From a virus (taxonomy: Duplodnaviria > Caudoviricetes): DNA of 45,003 bases. Below the pieces are notes generated by a model that was given only the letters and a program-made list of their open reading frames with translations, was not told the origin of the DNA and made no database searches. The position numbers and the translations under genes are program-made. The number at the start of each line of letters is the position of its first letter. Position 1 is the stretch's first letter. Positions 43,678-45,003 of the stretch are shown piece by piece. Location: IMG/VR virus record IMGVR_UViG_3300027986_000015, positions 1-45,003 of that record; one strand, 5' to 3'.

Positions 43678-45003
43678 ATGATCGAAGAAAGTATCTTCCA
43701 AAATTTGATTTACAACGAAGATTATTTTCGTACAGTCATCCCGCATTTGAAGAAAGAGTATTTCTCCGACTTCGCCGATCAGCGTATGTTTTCGTATATC
43801 AGGGGGTTTGGCGACAAGTATAATAAACGTCCAGACCCTACTGTATTGAAGCTGTTGTTAGAGAAAGATACATCCTTGAATGAGGGTGTTTATGAAACAT
43901 TATCAGCTCAAATTGATAACCTCAAGTCTGCTGGACCGGACTTGTCTCTAACAGATTTCATGGTTGAAGAAACTGAGAATTTCTGTAAACAGCAAGCTTT
44001 GTACAATGCCTTGAAAAGCGCATTGGAAATCAAATCCAACGCTGAATTATCACCTGATAAACGAAATAAAAAGCTTGCCGATATTGGGTGTATTCCTGAT
44101 ATGCTACGTGATGCCCTTGGTGTATGTTTTGATACATCAGTCGGCCATAACTACATGGAAGACTGGGAATCTCGTTACGAGTCGTATCATAACAAAGAAG
44201 CTAAAATTCCATTTGACATTGAGATTTTGAACAAGGTCACTAAAGGTGGTGCTGAATACAAAACCCTCAACCTGATTCTAGCCGGGTCCAACGCCGGTAA
44301 GTCTCTTGGTCTATGTCATTTAGCGGCTGGGTATTTGAACCAAGGGTTGAACGTCCTATACATTTCGATGGAAATGTCTGAAGAATCCATTGGTAAACGG
44401 ATTGATGCAAACCTACTGAACGTCAGTATGGATGATTTGGATGCAATTCCAAAAGAGTATTTTGGTCAAAAAATATCCAAACTGAAGGAAAAGACTCTAG
44501 GTAAGCTGTTCTTTAAACAGTTCCCAACCGGGGCTGCGCACGTAGGGCATTTCCGTACCCTTCTGCAAGAACTGAGAACCAAGAAGAATTTTGTTCCGAA
44601 TGTTATCATCATTGACTACCTAGGGATTTGTGCAAGCGCCCGGATCGGCTATGGTGGTGAAAACTCCTATGGCTACGTTAAGGCAATTGCCGAAGAATTA
44701 CGTGGGATGGCAATCGAAACTAATACCTGTATCTGGTCCGCCGCCCAGACGACCCGTGGATCGTGGGAAAAAAGTGACATCGACATGGGTGATACCGCCG
44801 AATCGGCTGGTCTGGTACACACTGCCGACTTTATTCTGGGTATCGTGGAAACCGATGAATTGGCCCAGCAGGGTCAACAGATGTTCAAGCAGGTAAAATC
44901 TAGATATGGCGACAAATCGAAGTGGTCCCGGTTCTTCATAGCTGTGGACAAGGGTTTGCAACGCTGGTCGGAGCTTCCTAATAACGGATTCGCCGAGGTA
45001 GTC
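43678..45003 (+). CDS. gp41: Replicative DNA helicase gp41 (runs off right end)
   Basis: Manual: MIEESIFQNLIYNEDYFRTVIPHLK; AGSNAGKSLGLC, YISMEM, IDYLGIC, VKAIAEELRG, AESAGLVHTADF, QVKSRYGD. Confidence 0.96.
   Translation, partial: MIEESIFQNLIYNEDYFRTVIPHLKKEYFSDFADQRMFSYIRGFGDKYNKRPDPTVLKLLLEKDTSLNEGVYETLSAQIDNLKSAGPDLSLTDFMVEETENFCKQQALYNALKSALEIKSNAELSPDKRNKKLADIGCIPDMLRDALGVCFDTSVGHNYMEDWESRYESYHNKEAKIPFDIEILNKVTKGGAEYKTLNLILAGSNAGKSLGLCHLAAGYLNQGLNVLYISMEMSEESIGKRIDANLLNVSMDDLDAIPKEYFGQKISKLKEKTLGKLFFKQFPTGAAHVGHFRTLLQELRTKKNFVPNVIIIDYLGICASARIGYGGENSYGYVKAIAEELRGMAIETNTCIWSAAQTTRGSWEKSDIDMGDTAESAGLVHTADFILGIVETDELAQQGQQMFKQVKSRYGDKSKWSRFFIAVDKGLQRWSELPNNGFAEVV

Noticed and set aside
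1-45003. Genome-wide TAG recoding suggested by the CTA tRNA
   Set aside because: Conserved genes translate full length in the standard code
39813-45003. Inteins or introns in gp43, uvsX, gp41
   Set aside because: Lengths and motif spacing are normal; no splicing motifs seen

Overview
Segment of a T4-like (Straboviridae-related) myophage genome. Left (1-9045): baseplate/tail/head-completion genes gp5 (partial, no lysozyme domain), gp27, gp53 and gp48 on the minus strand; gp4, gp2, gp54, gp26-like, small gp51-like, gp29 and gp3 on the plus strand. Middle (about 9.1-32.5 kb): gp1 dNMP kinase, then a roughly 21 kb RNA-rich island. It holds 28 canonical-looking tRNAs covering all 20 amino acids plus an amber (CTA) suppressor, many non-canonical tRNA-like and CCA-ending RNAs, a DUF2828-type TROVE/vWA-like protein, RNase H-like YkuK, YqeY, a metallophosphoesterase, Acb1/gp57B, HNH nucleases and many small ORFs. 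Right (32.5-45 kb): gp55, HNH, gp47, gp46, gp45, gp44, gp62, regA, gp43, uvsX, gp40-like and gp41 (partial). The strongest candidate for a new system is six stem-ACAGCA-...-stem-GT(T/C) RNAs, two carrying circularly permuted tRNA modules (Y RNA/YrlA architecture without the Ro-binding motif), in the same island as the Ro60-like DUF2828 gene. Also notable: a candidate -1 frameshift fusing the gp26-like and gp51-like ORFs before the tape measure gene, and a leader-peptide/terminator in front of a tRNA cluster. All calls are manual motif recognition and hand-folding; no searches were run.
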